Origin: Octopus bimaculoides
Taxonomy: Eukaryota
Direction of reading: 5' to 3'
NCBI RefSeq assembly: GCF_001194135.2
Contig: NC_068983.1
Coordinates: forward strand, 13,365,589-13,422,686
Length of the DNA: 57,098 nucleotides
Shown here: in pieces, positions 24,191 to 36,959 of the stretch
Layout: each line of letters opens with the position of its first letter
How positions within the stretch are numbered: the stretch's first letter is position 1
Notes under the pieces: generated by a model
Databases searched by the model: none
Seen by the model: the letters and a program-made list of their open reading frames with translations, nothing else
What the model was told of the DNA's origin: nothing
Position numbers and translations under genes: made by a program

Positions 24191-24405
24191 AATATACATC
24201 TATATATACATCTTTATATCAGTATTTATACATACAAACTCAGATTTGTGTATATATGCGTGTGTGTTCGTGCGTGTTTGTGTGCGTGTGTGTGTGCGTG
24301 TCTGTGTGTGTATGCGTGTGCGCGTGCGTGTAGAATATCGCACTAGTTAAAACGATTTCGGTGTTATTTTCGTTTCCACATGTAATCTATATATTTTTCA
24401 TCTAG

Positions 24406-24434
24406 TTCCTTTGATCTTTAACATCGCGCAACAG
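24406..24434 (+). CDS. Candidate small exon (xPLIFNIAQQ), unverified
   Basis: TTTTTCATCTAG acceptor and CAG|GTAAAT donor; one open frame. Confidence 0.15.
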
Positions 24435-24673
24435 GTAAATGGATATTGCAGATATTTAATATGTGTGTATCGGAACCAGATGCATCATTAGTGTATCCAA
24501 ATAACAGATTCTGTTCAAAAACAAGTCTTATAATCTGTTTGATGTGAAGTAATGTCACAGTGGTTAGTTAAAGATTATTGCACGATGTTATTGCAACGAA
24601 TGTCACCCGCATATTGTGTCTTGAAATCAGTACATTTTTCTAAAATTGCACCGAAGAAACTTCTGTTGCCTAG

Positions 24674-24732
24674 AAGTTCGTAAAGGATGTATTAAGCTCA
24701 ATGAAAAAGTATTCTATATCCGCTAATGAATG
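24674..24732 (+). CDS. Candidate small exon (KFVKDVLSSMKKYSISANE-W), unverified
   Basis: TTCTGTTGCCTAG acceptor and TG|GTACGT donor; phase-compatible with 24406-24434. Confidence 0.18.
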
Positions 24733-26763
24733 GTACGTCAATTTGGTGAATATACACTAATAATTCGTTTACATAGTTGAAAGCTAGAGACATCCCCGGT
24801 CTCGACTTAATGTAATAAAAACACTTTTGATTTTCGGTAAGGTATCAGTGAGTTGTGCTATTACTTGTACTACTTATGAAAGTAATGAAAATCATTATAC
24901 TCCATCTAGTATTGGCTAAATAATTTTCATGGCGTTATGAAGATACGTTGCTATCTTTGAAGTATTCCCCAAAGCATTTTGCAACTTTTTATAACATTTG
25001 TAGAGATTTACTGTTACAAAGAACTTTTTGTACTGTTTGATTTGAAATGTTAAAACAAAACTGTTAATAGTGAAACATGTTTCTCTTTCAAATGCTTACA
25101 GATTTCTTTTTCTTTTCCACTGGAAAATTTTTCTCTCGTTTCCAGGTTCCAACCATAGTCCAGCCATGATAGCAAATAAATATTTTAAGCACGCTGCATG
25201 TAGAGTTGTATTTTAATTATCATTACTCTGAAGTAGCTAATTATGAAATTAAGTTTTATTTCCTCTCACTAAAAAAGGTAAAATGAATTGATAATTGGAA
25301 CGAAACATTTATTTTTCACAGCATCCAAGATTCAAATGTTGCGATATGTATTATAATGTTATTCAAAAAGATATTATCACTTCTTATCTATCTGTCCTAA
25401 AAAAAGAAAACACAATTTGGCTGCAATCCACAGATTGAAAGTAAACATAGACTAATAGAGAGAACACTGAATTGATACACCAAACACTTGTCTACCGCAT
25501 CTTATTGTGTCTCTTTCGAAAGTAAAATTATATAGACAACGTCTTTTTCACGGGATTGAAATCTATTATGCAACAGCAGCTGTAGATTTGCTTTCTCATT
25601 CTCACTCTGTGGTGCTCAAATCAGATATTTCCTAATGTTACTTATCCAACTGCCTGCTAGTAATTGCTCTGCATATTTTTTTCCATCTTATTTCATGAGC
25701 CCACGGTATATAGGCAGGACTGTGAACAAAATATATATTATTTATTGACGAGTCACCAAAGATAAAAATATACAAATTAGACTATCCACCACGGTGCTAG
25801 CACAATTTATACCTGCATTATGCGGCAGCTGAAGTATACTGCTGGCTGGAGAAAGACGCCCAGTACAACTCTGGAGAGAGTTCAAGAAACTGTTTAACAG
25901 TCCGTCAAAAGACTTCATTATACTGTTTTCCTCACATTGATTGCATAGAAACAGAGTTCTTACATTCTTATTCCACCTACAGTGAAGCTCTTTAATATTT
26001 AAAATTGTAGTTCCTTTGATTTACACTTTGCTATTCATAAAATAGATATTGGTTTACATAAATGGGAACTATGAATATGCAAAGTAGATTATCCATCACA
26101 GTGCTAGCCTAGCTTATGGCTGCTTCATATAACATTTGATCTATTCTATAGTTTGGCGAGAGAAGCTGGATACGTCTTCCTTTAGCAGCCATCTACAAAC
26201 CGTGGAATGTGTCGTTAGAAGACTCCCTTCCGCTTCAATAGCAAAGAAAGAATAGATTTACATTAATATTTCACCCACCACAAACCTTTGTATTATTCAA
26301 AGTATCCTGATGAATTATTCTAAATCCTTTCTATTAACGTTCTCCCTCGTCATCAAGTGGATGCATTCAATGTGTGAGTAGTCGTCTGTGTATCATACTT
26401 AACGTATAACATTGCGAAAAGCAATTCATTTACTGCTGAATTAATCCGACAGTATTCCTTATGGGCGTGCTGCGTTAAAAGACACGAATATGTCAGTAGC
26501 AGATGGAAATCCGTCCAGCAGTGAGGCCTTTCTGCTAGATGCATTCCTGCCTCTTTGGAAGTTGTGAATAGCATGTGTAAGGCAGTCGCTCCACCTGAAC
26601 GGAATAAAAGCCAAATTTTCTTCAGACTACACTCTGACATCTTGACGCGGTGCGACACTGTATAAGGAATTCCTAAGTGTGGAATGCTCCAGAGAAGGAC
26701 ATCATAATCCTGGTGGAAGCACATTTGACCAAAGAACAACTGCTGCTAGTGCACCACCTCCTT

Positions 26764-26816
<53 letters not shown>

Positions 26817-26850
26817 GCTACTATCATCACCAGCACCAGCACCAGCACCA
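26764..26850. repeat. (CTA)n/(CAC/CAG) trinucleotide tract
   Basis: Direct reading. Confidence 0.9.
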
Positions 26851-27930
26851 CGATAGCCAATGGTCGAAAGTGATGAGGCTCTAGACTCTAAACATAATGA
26901 GTGTGTCCTGATGCCCCCACTATAGTTTTAGTCTCTGGCAATATCTAATTTTATTCTGCGGCAAAAATTTCTGTCACGAAAGTATGACAGGAAATTAATA
27001 AAACGAAAAAAATAAAGGAAAATAAAAATACATAGAATTTGTTGAGTAGGAGAAAAATATAACAGAGTTATAAATTTCATAACCAGAAAGTCACAGATAT
27101 TCAGTAATAAAATGTTGAAGTAGGGGGTGAAGGATAGTTTTTAATTCACTTCAAGTCGTATAGAAAAACTATATAACATAGAGATAAATGCTGTTAATTT
27201 AAACATATATTCAAATAAACAGAAGCGTATTAAAATTGAACAGAGATTCTCTTCATGAAAATGCATGAATATTTATTTAGTTTACTGTGCTTTAGGCAAA
27301 TTCGCCACAGTTTCTGTATATTAATTCATCTTTTTCTTTTTCTTTTTCAAATTTATTTCTTCATAATCTCTGGTATAACTTTATTTTACGAAATATTTCC
27401 TTGTTATTTCTGTCTTGTTTCTTTTTAATTTTTGTTTTGCTTCCTCTGTTTCTTTGTTTGCTTTATACTTTTAGTTTATTCTCTATAAACTCATTAATGT
27501 TTTGCTAAAAGTTTTGAAAAGGAAATTGGAGTTTATATGTTACCAAATTTTGTTTATGATATTTAATTTTTTTTTTTTAGCACAGAGACTCTACAGGGGA
27601 AACTATTATACATTTTATTATTTAAATATCAAACATATACCAAATAAAAATTTGTCATGCCTATTTAAATACCTGTCTCAAATGTACACAAACACTAATT
27701 TACACATACATGTATACACACAAACATTCATACAGACAGACAGACAGACTTACATAGTACATACATATATATATATATACACATAATATGTGCGTGTGTG
27801 TGTGTGTGTGTGTGTTGCATGCTGAGAAATGTGAATTCAAATCTAATTCCAATAACTTCACCATGAAGAATGGTTGCAAACCTGGTCTATATTCTTTGCA
27901 GATGCCACGTAGTTATACTACTCTATGTAA

Positions 27931-27972
<42 letters not shown>

Positions 27973-28609
27973 TACATCTACTTATGTAACTTGCACTGCT
28001 GACATAACGTATGTAACTGCTTATACATCAACCACTTGATAGTGATGCATTAGTTATGCAAATCGGGATTAGTGTTTTAGTGAGGTTCTTAATGGCAGAG
28101 ACTATATAAAGATCTTTAAGGTATATCGCTTCATGGACAAACAAATGTGAGTGTGTGGCATCTTAAAAAAACAGCCAAAATAGGATCGAAACCGATTATG
28201 GCATGCCCTGTTTTCCCTTTTTTTTTTTGGCTATGAAGAGATTTTATTCTTAGAAAAATGGGAAAAAGCAACTGCTTGCACTGAAATTGTCTGAAAACTT
28301 CTGGAATACAGATCATAGTGTTGTCAGCAAATATTTTTGGTGTGTTCTGTAGCATTGTCACGTTTTTCTCCCCTTAATATATTCAATGAATAGTAGTTGA
28401 CAAAACACCATACATTGTGCCAACATTTTAGAGTCAGTTCATAATGAGAAATTTAGCTTTTCAAGAAACACTAAAGTCCTTTGGACATAATCATAGGTTA
28501 AATCTGTTGGTGGTTATGAAGCTGAGGTTTTTTTTTCTTTTTTAACATTAATCTATCTATGAAATATTTCCAGATGTCGTAAATGTGGTATCAAAGTTGT
28601 TTTATACAT

Positions 28610-28795
28610 AGGCACAGGAGTGGTTGTGTGGTAAGTAGCTTGCTTTCTAACCACATGTTTCCGGGTTCATTCCCACTGCGTGGCACCTTGGGCAAGTCTC
28701 TTCTGCTATAGCCTCGGGCCGACCAAAGCCTTGTGAGTGGATTTGGTAGAGGGAAACTGAAAGAAGCCCGTCGTATATAAGTATATATATAACTA

Positions 28796-28852
<57 letters not shown>

Positions 28853-29070
28853 TTGTGTATCTGTGTTTGTCACCCACCCCAGCATCGCTTGACAACCGAT
28901 GCAGGTGTGTTTACGTCCCCGTAACTTAGCGGTTCGGTGAAAGAGACCGATAGAATAAGTACTAGGCTTCCAAAGAATAAGTCCTGGGTCGATTTGCTCG
29001 ACTAAAAGGCGGTGCTCCAGCATGGCCGCCGTCAAATGACTGAAACAAGTAAAAGAGTAATAGAGTAAAA
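28610..29070 (+). mobile_element. SINE family A, full length, with internal microsatellite
   Basis: Head, internal (CT)(TA)(GT) tract and GTAAAAGA-type tail. Confidence 0.95.
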
Positions 29071-29289
29071 AAGTAATCTCTGCCGTATCAAAACCCATGC
29101 TACTTGTGATTTAACAATTTTTTTCCTTTCTAAAACGTGTTATTCTCTAACTCCTACTGTCTTAAATACTATAACGTGATAATAGGTAAATGAGATACGT
29201 CTAAAGTTTATCACGTGCGACATATTTACCTTTTCAAAAACTGAGATACCAGGCTGGGATTGAAAATACTCAGGATTATACTTCCAATT

Positions 29290-29740
29290 AGCTATTGTCC
29301 TCATATCGGCATGTTGATGTTGGCTCTTCTTTAATGATTCTGTTGAGATATTTATCAAGGTCTTCTGCTCAGTATTTTTTCAATTTAATTCTTTGCTCCT
29401 TTAATAAACCGTTTACCGAAAATTTGATTAAGGTCTATGTTGAAGGTTGTTTTCACTGATACTGTCTAAGCCATTTGCAATGTGATTAGAGTAAATTAAA
29501 CACTATTGTTTCTCGACAGTCTTATTCATTTCATTAATATGGTTATTCTGAATAGTATTTTCATCAGTCAGCGATCCTATGTGTTTTGGCAAAAAAGGGT
29601 TCAATACGTTGGAGCTAAGCTTAATTTTGGCCATGGCCTAGTCTCCTAAAGAGAGTTTTTAATGTTGATGACAGTTTTCATGTTGTTTTGAAGATGATAC
29701 CTGTCTTATTCGAGCATTACTATTGCCGTTGATTGTGCTG
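29290..29740 (-). mobile_element. Old LINE (L2/Crack-like) 3' fragment; may extend degenerate toward about 31500
   Basis: Fragments LPKHIGSLTD and DLDKYLNRIIKEEP resemble CR1-group ORF2 C-termini. Confidence 0.35.
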
Positions 29741-30128
29741 TGAAGGCGCAATGGGCCAGTGGTTAGGGCAGCGGACTCGCGGTTATAGGATCACGGTTTC
29801 GATTCCCAGACCGGGCGTTGTGAGTGTTTATTGAGCGAAAACACCTAAAGTTCCACGAGGCTCCGGCAGGGGATGGTGGCGAACCCTGCTGTACTCTTTC
29901 ACCACAACTTTCTCTCACTCTTACTTCTTGTTTCTGTTGTGCCTGTAATTCAAAGGGTCAGCCTTGTCACACTGTGTCACGCTGAATATCCCTCGAGAAC
30001 TACGTTAAGGGTACACGTGTCTGTGGAGTGCTCAGCCACTTGCACGTTAATTTCACGAGCAGGCTGTTTCGTTGATCGGATCAACTGGAACCCTCGACGT
30101 CGTAAGCGACGGAGTGCCAACAGCAACA
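29741..30128 (+). mobile_element. SINE family B, full length
   Basis: Near identical to 19426-19829. Confidence 0.95.
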
Positions 30129-31501
30129 GCCTGCTGTGCCTGTTAATACTGTTGCTGTTGCTGCTGCTGCTGGTATTTTGGTTTATCATATCCTTAAATT
30201 TAAACTTACCGTATTCATAATAAATTTGCCATTTTGGAGACTCTACTATTTCAATTACAGTTTGTATTGGATTAGAGTGTCAGCATGTAATACCAGTTAT
30301 ATACTTAATGATCTGTCTGAAATGTGAGTGAAAGTTCGGTCTACAAGACTTTCTTTCGCAGATCTATATTATCAAATGTGTACTTTGGAGCATACTTGCA
30401 TAAGATTTTGAATGCTGCGAACTAAGATTACACTGTTTAATATACTGGTCTGGGCAAAGGTTTTTCAGCTGTGAAATTATGGACAATGTTGAATTGTTTG
30501 TTCAACGATTGATTCAAAAGCACTTTGTTGTTCCCTGCTGGATAAATCAGAAATTACGACAGGAAATGACAATCCATAAATTTAAACAGCGTTTCTCCTG
30601 CTTCTTTCTCTACGATTGAGATGGTTTCTACTCAAGAAAACTTGAAATTGCCCCATCATTAATATGCTTTATGAATTACGATTAGGTGCAAGGAAATTGA
30701 TCTTATTGACGGGACGTACATCTGGGAACGCGGTAAACAAGCTTGACGTGCCCTGTGAAGCTTTATTATGGTTATGTAATCAGTTTTATTGAGTTCAGGG
30801 ACTCAGTGAAACTAGCCTCGTAACTTTTGGGGAAGATATATTGTCTGAATCCGTGGTAAAGTAAATAGTGAACAGAAATAGGTTGCCGCTCCCTTCTTAG
30901 GCCAGCATCAATTTTGCGAAAGAGGAACATATATGTGGTGGTTGTTCCTGTGGGCCTTGTTTAGGATGGAAAAGCAGACAGAATATCTGTTTAGCAATCC
31001 AATCACCCGTCTATAGAAAATTCGATTTTTAAGTATTTACGATTGGGGTTGATACTTTGTACATTTAGTATGTCATGGAATCTAAGCCGATTACTTGTTT
31101 TCTTTTGTTTCAATGGCTTGTATGAAGATGGTTATTGATTGTATTAAAAATTGTGTGATGAAATGAAATGTAGGAGGCAGCTGCTATTTTTCTGTGGACA
31201 ATGTACTTCCCTTAATTATTTTCAATATATTTATCACGTCTAGAAAATCATATGAACTTGCTTTTGTTTTGTTTCTTTCTTTCTTTTCTTGTGCGATTGA
31301 TATCTGTAGTTTCCCTAGTTAGTTTGTTAACATGGTTTGATTGCTAATACTCTGGTTTGTATGAAAGAGTCTGGTCAGTATTTCTATAACACTTTTTGTT
31401 TTTGTTAGGATGCTGGATTCACTTAATGGTGTTAGTATAGAAACGTTTTATTGAGAATGTATTTGTTACGGGTGAAGTTTGTTAATATTAAGTTAACATA
31501 A

Positions 31502-31666
31502 TGTTGTGTCGGCGCCCCCAGACGAAGAAGTAGGATCTCCCAAGACATATAAATAGAGGTAGTCTGGCCGTGGTAGGAGTGTTGAGTAGCGGTCGAGTAG
31601 CAGTTGTGAAGCGGTTGAGTAGAGATCATCCGAAGGTGCTAGGTAGCAGTAGCTTGAGACATAACA
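31502..31666 (+). mobile_element. Solo LTR, 165 bp
   Basis: TGTTGTGTC...GACATAACA termini, TATAAATA box, 5 bp flanks CATAA/TATAA; paralog at 54460. Confidence 0.85.
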
Positions 31667-32289
31667 TATAATTACATGGCTTTTGCGAGATTTTCTGTGT
31701 GCGCTAAGAATCCGGAAGGTGGGGTGAATGCATCATCTCGTGATCTGCAAATTCTCTCGCGTAAAGACTAACGAAACAGTTGGGGTTCCGTTTATTTGAA
31801 AAGGTGGTGTGGCAGTACAGATTTTTACGTATACCAGGAGCTGCATTTATTTAAAGTATTTTCGGCTTTGGTTGACATGATAGTAGTTGTGAAACTGAGG
31901 GCGAGAGAATCTGAGGTCACACGGGATTTTGGGTAGTTAAACTTCTTAATCAGATAGTTGTGAAGAGGGAAACAAAATCGTGTGCTGAAGAAGTCATGAG
32001 AAAATTCAGGATGGATACGTTTCGAACGCTTGTTGTGAGGTGCTGAGTGGCAGATTCGTTTCGTTTCTTATTTGACATCTTAACATTGTTGTTAAGATCT
32101 ATATAATTAGTAAAGTAGGAATCTTGCAAATTACTATAGAGTATCATTTATGAAGTAAACACATTACGGTGAATTCAAACTGAATTTCTCTTTCTTCTTC
32201 TCATGCTGTGCATTTCGAGAGAATCTTGCTTCTGGTCATTTAATGTTGAGAAGATAGAAGGGACCCAAAAGGAACAGAATAAAATATTG

Positions 32290-32745
32290 AGGCGCAGGAG
32301 TGACTGTGTGGTAAGTAGGCGCAGGAGTGACTATGTGGTAAGTAGCTTGCTTACCAACCACATGGTTCCGGGTTCAGTCCCACTGCGTGGCACCTTGGGC
32401 AAATGTCTTCTACTATGGCCTCAGGCCGACCAAAGCCTTGTGAGTGGATTTGGTAGACGGAAACTGAAAGCTGTCCGTCGTATGTATGTATATATATATG
32501 TGTGTATGTATATGTTTGTGTGTCTGTGTTTGCCCCCCCCCCAAAAAAAAAAAACATCGCTTGACAATCGATGCTGGTGTGTTTACGTCCCAGTAACTTA
32601 GCGGTTCGGCAAAGAGATCGATAGAATAAGTACTAGGCTTACACAGAATAAGTCCTGGGGTCGATCTGCTCGAGTAAAAAGGCGGTGCTCCAGCATGGCC
32701 ACAGTCAAATGATTGAAACAAGTAAAATAGTAAAAGAGTAAAGAG
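32290..32745 (+). mobile_element. SINE family A, full length, head partly tandem-duplicated
   Basis: AGGCGCAGGAGTGACT(G/A)TGTGGTAAGT occurs twice, then the full body. Confidence 0.95.
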
Positions 32746-33262
32746 TGGGTCTAAAATTCTCATATATCCGTTGCATGATTTGAGAAATCTAGAGGGCCAC
32801 TTTTCCATCATTTCATATTTTATTCATAAAATTAGTTGTCACACAAAACTCATTCGCACCACGTGCATGACTTCAATTTCTTTTACTATTCTGTACAGAA
32901 AATAACATATTTTGTCATGTATAATTCTGCTTCACGCTTACTGATAAACATTTCCGAAAGCGCAATGCATATTGCCTGAATTGATGCCACATAGTCTCTA
33001 AACTAGGGAACTTAAATATTGTTATTTAGACTTAAAAGAACGCTGATATTTAATGAGTGATATTGTTATTACATTATAGAAGAATTTATGATCTATAGTG
33101 TATTATTCGGTTGTGAGAGGCGAGTCCTATACAATATTATGAGTAGCAATGTCTCTGTAATCTGTTCGTTGCATAAGAGGCAGCGACAGTGGCACCACTG
33201 GTGGTTTTATTATTATTGGTGGTGGTTGTGGTTGTGGTGGTGTTAATAATACTTTATGCTGG

Positions 33263-33648
33263 AGGCACAAGGCCTCAAATTTGTTGGGGATGGGGTCAGT
33301 TGATTATATCGACCCCAGTATTTCACTAGTACTTAAATTATAAACCCCGAAAGGATGAAAGGCAAAGTCGACCTCGGCTTAATTTGAACTCAGAACGCAG
33401 CGATGAGCGAAATGCCGCTGAGCATTTCGCCCAGCGCGTAAACGATTCTTTCCTACTCTAGGCACAAGGCTCGAAATTTTACGATTAGATCGACCTCAAT
33501 ACGCAACTGGTACTTAATTTATTGACCCCCGAAAGAATAAAAAGCAAAGTCAACCTCGGCTTAATTTGAACTCAGAACGCAGCGACGGGCGAAATACCAA
33601 TAAGCATTTCGCCCAGAGCGCAAACGATTCTTACCAGCTCGCCGCCTT
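33263..33648 (-). mobile_element. SINE family C head-to-tail dimer
   Basis: Two consecutive units of about 190 bp, joined near 33450. Confidence 0.85.
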
Positions 33649-33884
33649 GTGTGGTGGTGTTAATAATAATGGTGGATTTTTATTGTCGTTCTTGGTTATG
33701 GTTCTTCTGCTACTGGTGGCTTCGCTATTATTGGTATTGTATGTGGAGACGGTGTTACTGGTTTCGATGCTGAGCGAAGTGATGGTGGTGCGACTGACGA
33801 TGATGTGAATGATTTTAGTGGCATCAGTACTCGGGGACGAAGTCGATAACGGTGACAGTGGTGCAGAGATATACTCTTTTACTT

Positions 33885-34260
33885 GTTTCAGTCATTTTGA
33901 CTGTGGCCATGCTGGAGCACCGCCCTTAGTCGAGCAAATCGACCCCAGGACGTATTCTTTGTAAGCCTAGTACTTATTCTATCAGTCTCTTTTTGCCGAA
34001 CCGCTAAGTTACGGGGACATAAACAACCAGTATCGGTTATCAAGCGATGTTGGGTGGACAAACACAGACACACAAACACACACACATATATATACATATA
34101 CATATATACGACGGGCTTCTTTCAGTTTCCCTCTACTAAATCCACTCACAAGGCTTTGGTCGGCCCGAGGCTATAGTAGAAGACACTCGCCCAAGGTGTC
34201 ACGCAGTGGGACTGAACTCGAAACCATGTGGTTGGTAAGCAAGTTACTTACCACACAGCC
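33885..34260 (-). mobile_element. SINE family A, slightly 5' truncated
   Basis: Reverse complement of the family A body. Confidence 0.95.
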
Positions 34261-34971
34261 TTAGACATAATTCGACACATATCATGATTAACGATAAAAT
34301 TTACCTATCTTTCTTTGAAATCTATATCCGAATGTCTCTTTTGAGTTCCCTCAATTTACTAAATGCCACCTACATAGAATTTGGTTGGCAGACATTCTTC
34401 TGAAATGTGTGTGTATAAGTTCGTGTGTGTTAATATCTTCCACATATAATTTTACATTAACATGTCAAGAATTTCCAATAAAATATATGCCGGCCGAGAT
34501 GTATTATATTGCCAGGTACAAGCTTCATTAGTTGACTCGTTAGATATTAGTACCATCTATACATGCCTTGATCCATCATAAGAATTTCAATGCATTCCAA
34601 CTAAGCAGGTGGCACCGATCTTCGTTGCCATTCGGTAGTTATGATACATGGTATAGAAGCGGAGATAATTTTAATAAACCCAGAATTTATATTGTATAGT
34701 ATTTGATATTGTATAGTATTGCTGTAATATTTGTTTATGTGTGTTTGTATGTGTGTGTATGCGTGTGTGAGTATAATATATATTCATATATATACTACAT
34801 AGACATTTGTATACAGATTTAAGAGAAAGATAGGTAAATGTTATCGTTAATCATGATATGTGTCGAATTATGTCTAAGGCTGTGTGGTACGTAACTTGCT
34901 TACCGACCACATGGTTCTGGGTTCAGTCCCACTGCGAGGCACCTTGGGCAAGTGTCTTCTACTATAGCCTC
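34167..34971. repeat. Local inverted duplication, arms 34167-34337 and 34801-34971
   Basis: Arms include the SINE head plus about 75 bp of flanking non-SINE sequence. Confidence 0.9.
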
Positions 34972-35292
34972 AGGCACACACACATATATATATGTGTGTG
35001 TGCCTGTGTATATGTTTGTGTGTCTGTGTTTGTCCCCCCAACATCGCTTGGTTTACGTCCCCGTTAAATATAGCCTTATACAGAAATGTTGATATAGGAA
35101 TAAATTTCAATAATAATGGATATCAGCGTCAAAACTCTCTTTTAAATTTAAAATTTTGGATATATAACCAAGGAGAACGATCCTTAAGGAGTTTACTTTA
35201 GACTTTTTGCGGAGAAATCTCTTGCTATATTGGTAGCGATTACACGTTTTTCTCATCATCAACACATTGTGGAGATATCATCATACGAACAA

Positions 35293-35329
<37 letters not shown>

Positions 35330-35332
35330 TAT

Positions 35333-35482
35333 ACGATAGACTTCTTTCAGTTTCCATCTGTCAAATCCACTCACAAGGCATTGGTCCGCCCGGAGTTATA
35401 ACAGAAGGCACTGGCCCAAGGTGCCATGTAGGTCTGAACCCAGAGCCATATGGCTGGGAAGCAAGCATCTTACCACACACCC
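35333..35482 (-). mobile_element. SINE family A 5' half, diverged
   Basis: CTTCTTTCAGTTTCCATCTGTCAAATCCACTCACAAGG...ACCACACACC. Confidence 0.8.
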
Positions 35483-36164
35483 ACGGATCCTTGTAGGGTT
35501 TATTCTGTAACAGATATAAGCATAAATATATATACATGCTTACATACATTTTCACACATACATGCATATATGTGAGAACATATGTGTGAATGTTTTTTGT
35601 ACTTCCCTGTATGTTCTTGGCAATATATCACGGTAAGATATATCTAAATAGCTAAAAACACAAAATCACCTCAAGGTAATATGTATATANNNNNNNNNNT
35701 ATATGTATATATATAAGATTGAGGTCAATTTTTTTTTCTTCCTTTCGCAGCTTTTCTTCATTTAAAATAAATGAGCCAGGTGCTTAATATTCATTGATTC
35801 GATCTAATAAAATCCTATACACTAATTTCTCTTTTGATGTTTTAAACCTACCAGGTATCATTTCAGTTAATCTATCAGATATTATTGCACGGTTTTATCA
35901 CTTCAGTGAGATTAATCGTTATCTAATTTACGCGTAATATTAAATGCAATGAATATGCGTGTAACAGCCTCATAAAGCCTGGAGAAGAGTTTCTGGTAAT
36001 TCATTCTAATATCAAAATGTGTTATCGTCAACTGAACGGTGAAATATCTACATCAATGTTTGAGGGAAGGTTAACAAGATTTAAACGTTTTACTTGATTT
36101 AGCTACGCCAGTTAGAATTAATATTTCATAATACAAACGAGTATATATAACATTCGTTTCTTCT

Positions 36165-36312
36165 TCTACTTGTGTCAGTCACTTTGACTGCCGTCATGCT
36201 GGAGCACCGACTTAAAGGTTTTTTAGTCGAAGCAAATCGACCCCCAAACTTATTCTTTATAAGCCTAGTACTTACTGTATTGGTCTCTTTTGCTGAATCG
36301 CTAGGTTACGGG
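36165..36312 (-). mobile_element. SINE family A 3' half
   Basis: CATGCTGGAGCACCG...AAGCCTAGTACTTA...GGTCTCTTTTGCTGAATCGCTAGGTTACGGG. Confidence 0.8.
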
Positions 36313-36498
36313 ACTTGACAAAATAATGGAAACATCTTAAAATTTCAAACAATTTTTTTTTCATGTGGGGTAGGTGCTACAATCACCTATATTGATTCTG
36401 TCATTATCATTTAGAAATTTTTACACTAGATAATAATAGAGTCAATGATACCTTCGTAAATTATTTTCTTGTGAATTATTTGCTCCGTATTGATATAG

Positions 36499-36605
<107 letters not shown>

Positions 36606-36959
36606 NNNNNNNNNNNNNNNNNNNNNNNNNNNNNNNNNNNNNNNNNNNNNNNNNNNNNNNNNNNNNNNNNNNNNNNNNNNNNNNNNNNNNNNNNNNNNNN
36701 NNNNNNNNNNNNNNNNNNNNNNNNNNNNNNTATGTATGTATGTATGTATGTATGTATGTTTATATTTATATATTCTAGTTTCCGTGAGAGAGGGCTGAAT
36801 TAGGTTTCCGATCAGGAAAAAAAAAAACAAATTTTAACTCCTTGATTAGATGAGTTACCATCCAATATGAGTAATCGTTCACTCAACGGATGAAATTTGA
36901 TATCTCTTTTCTTCAAAATGTTAGAAATGTTATTATTTCCGCACTGACTGGCGAGAAAT

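Noticed and set aside
28081-28146. Candidate 66 nt exon EVLNGRDYIKIFKVYRFMDKQ
   Set aside because: Weak polypyrimidine tract and no recognisable homology; an open frame this short is expected by chance.
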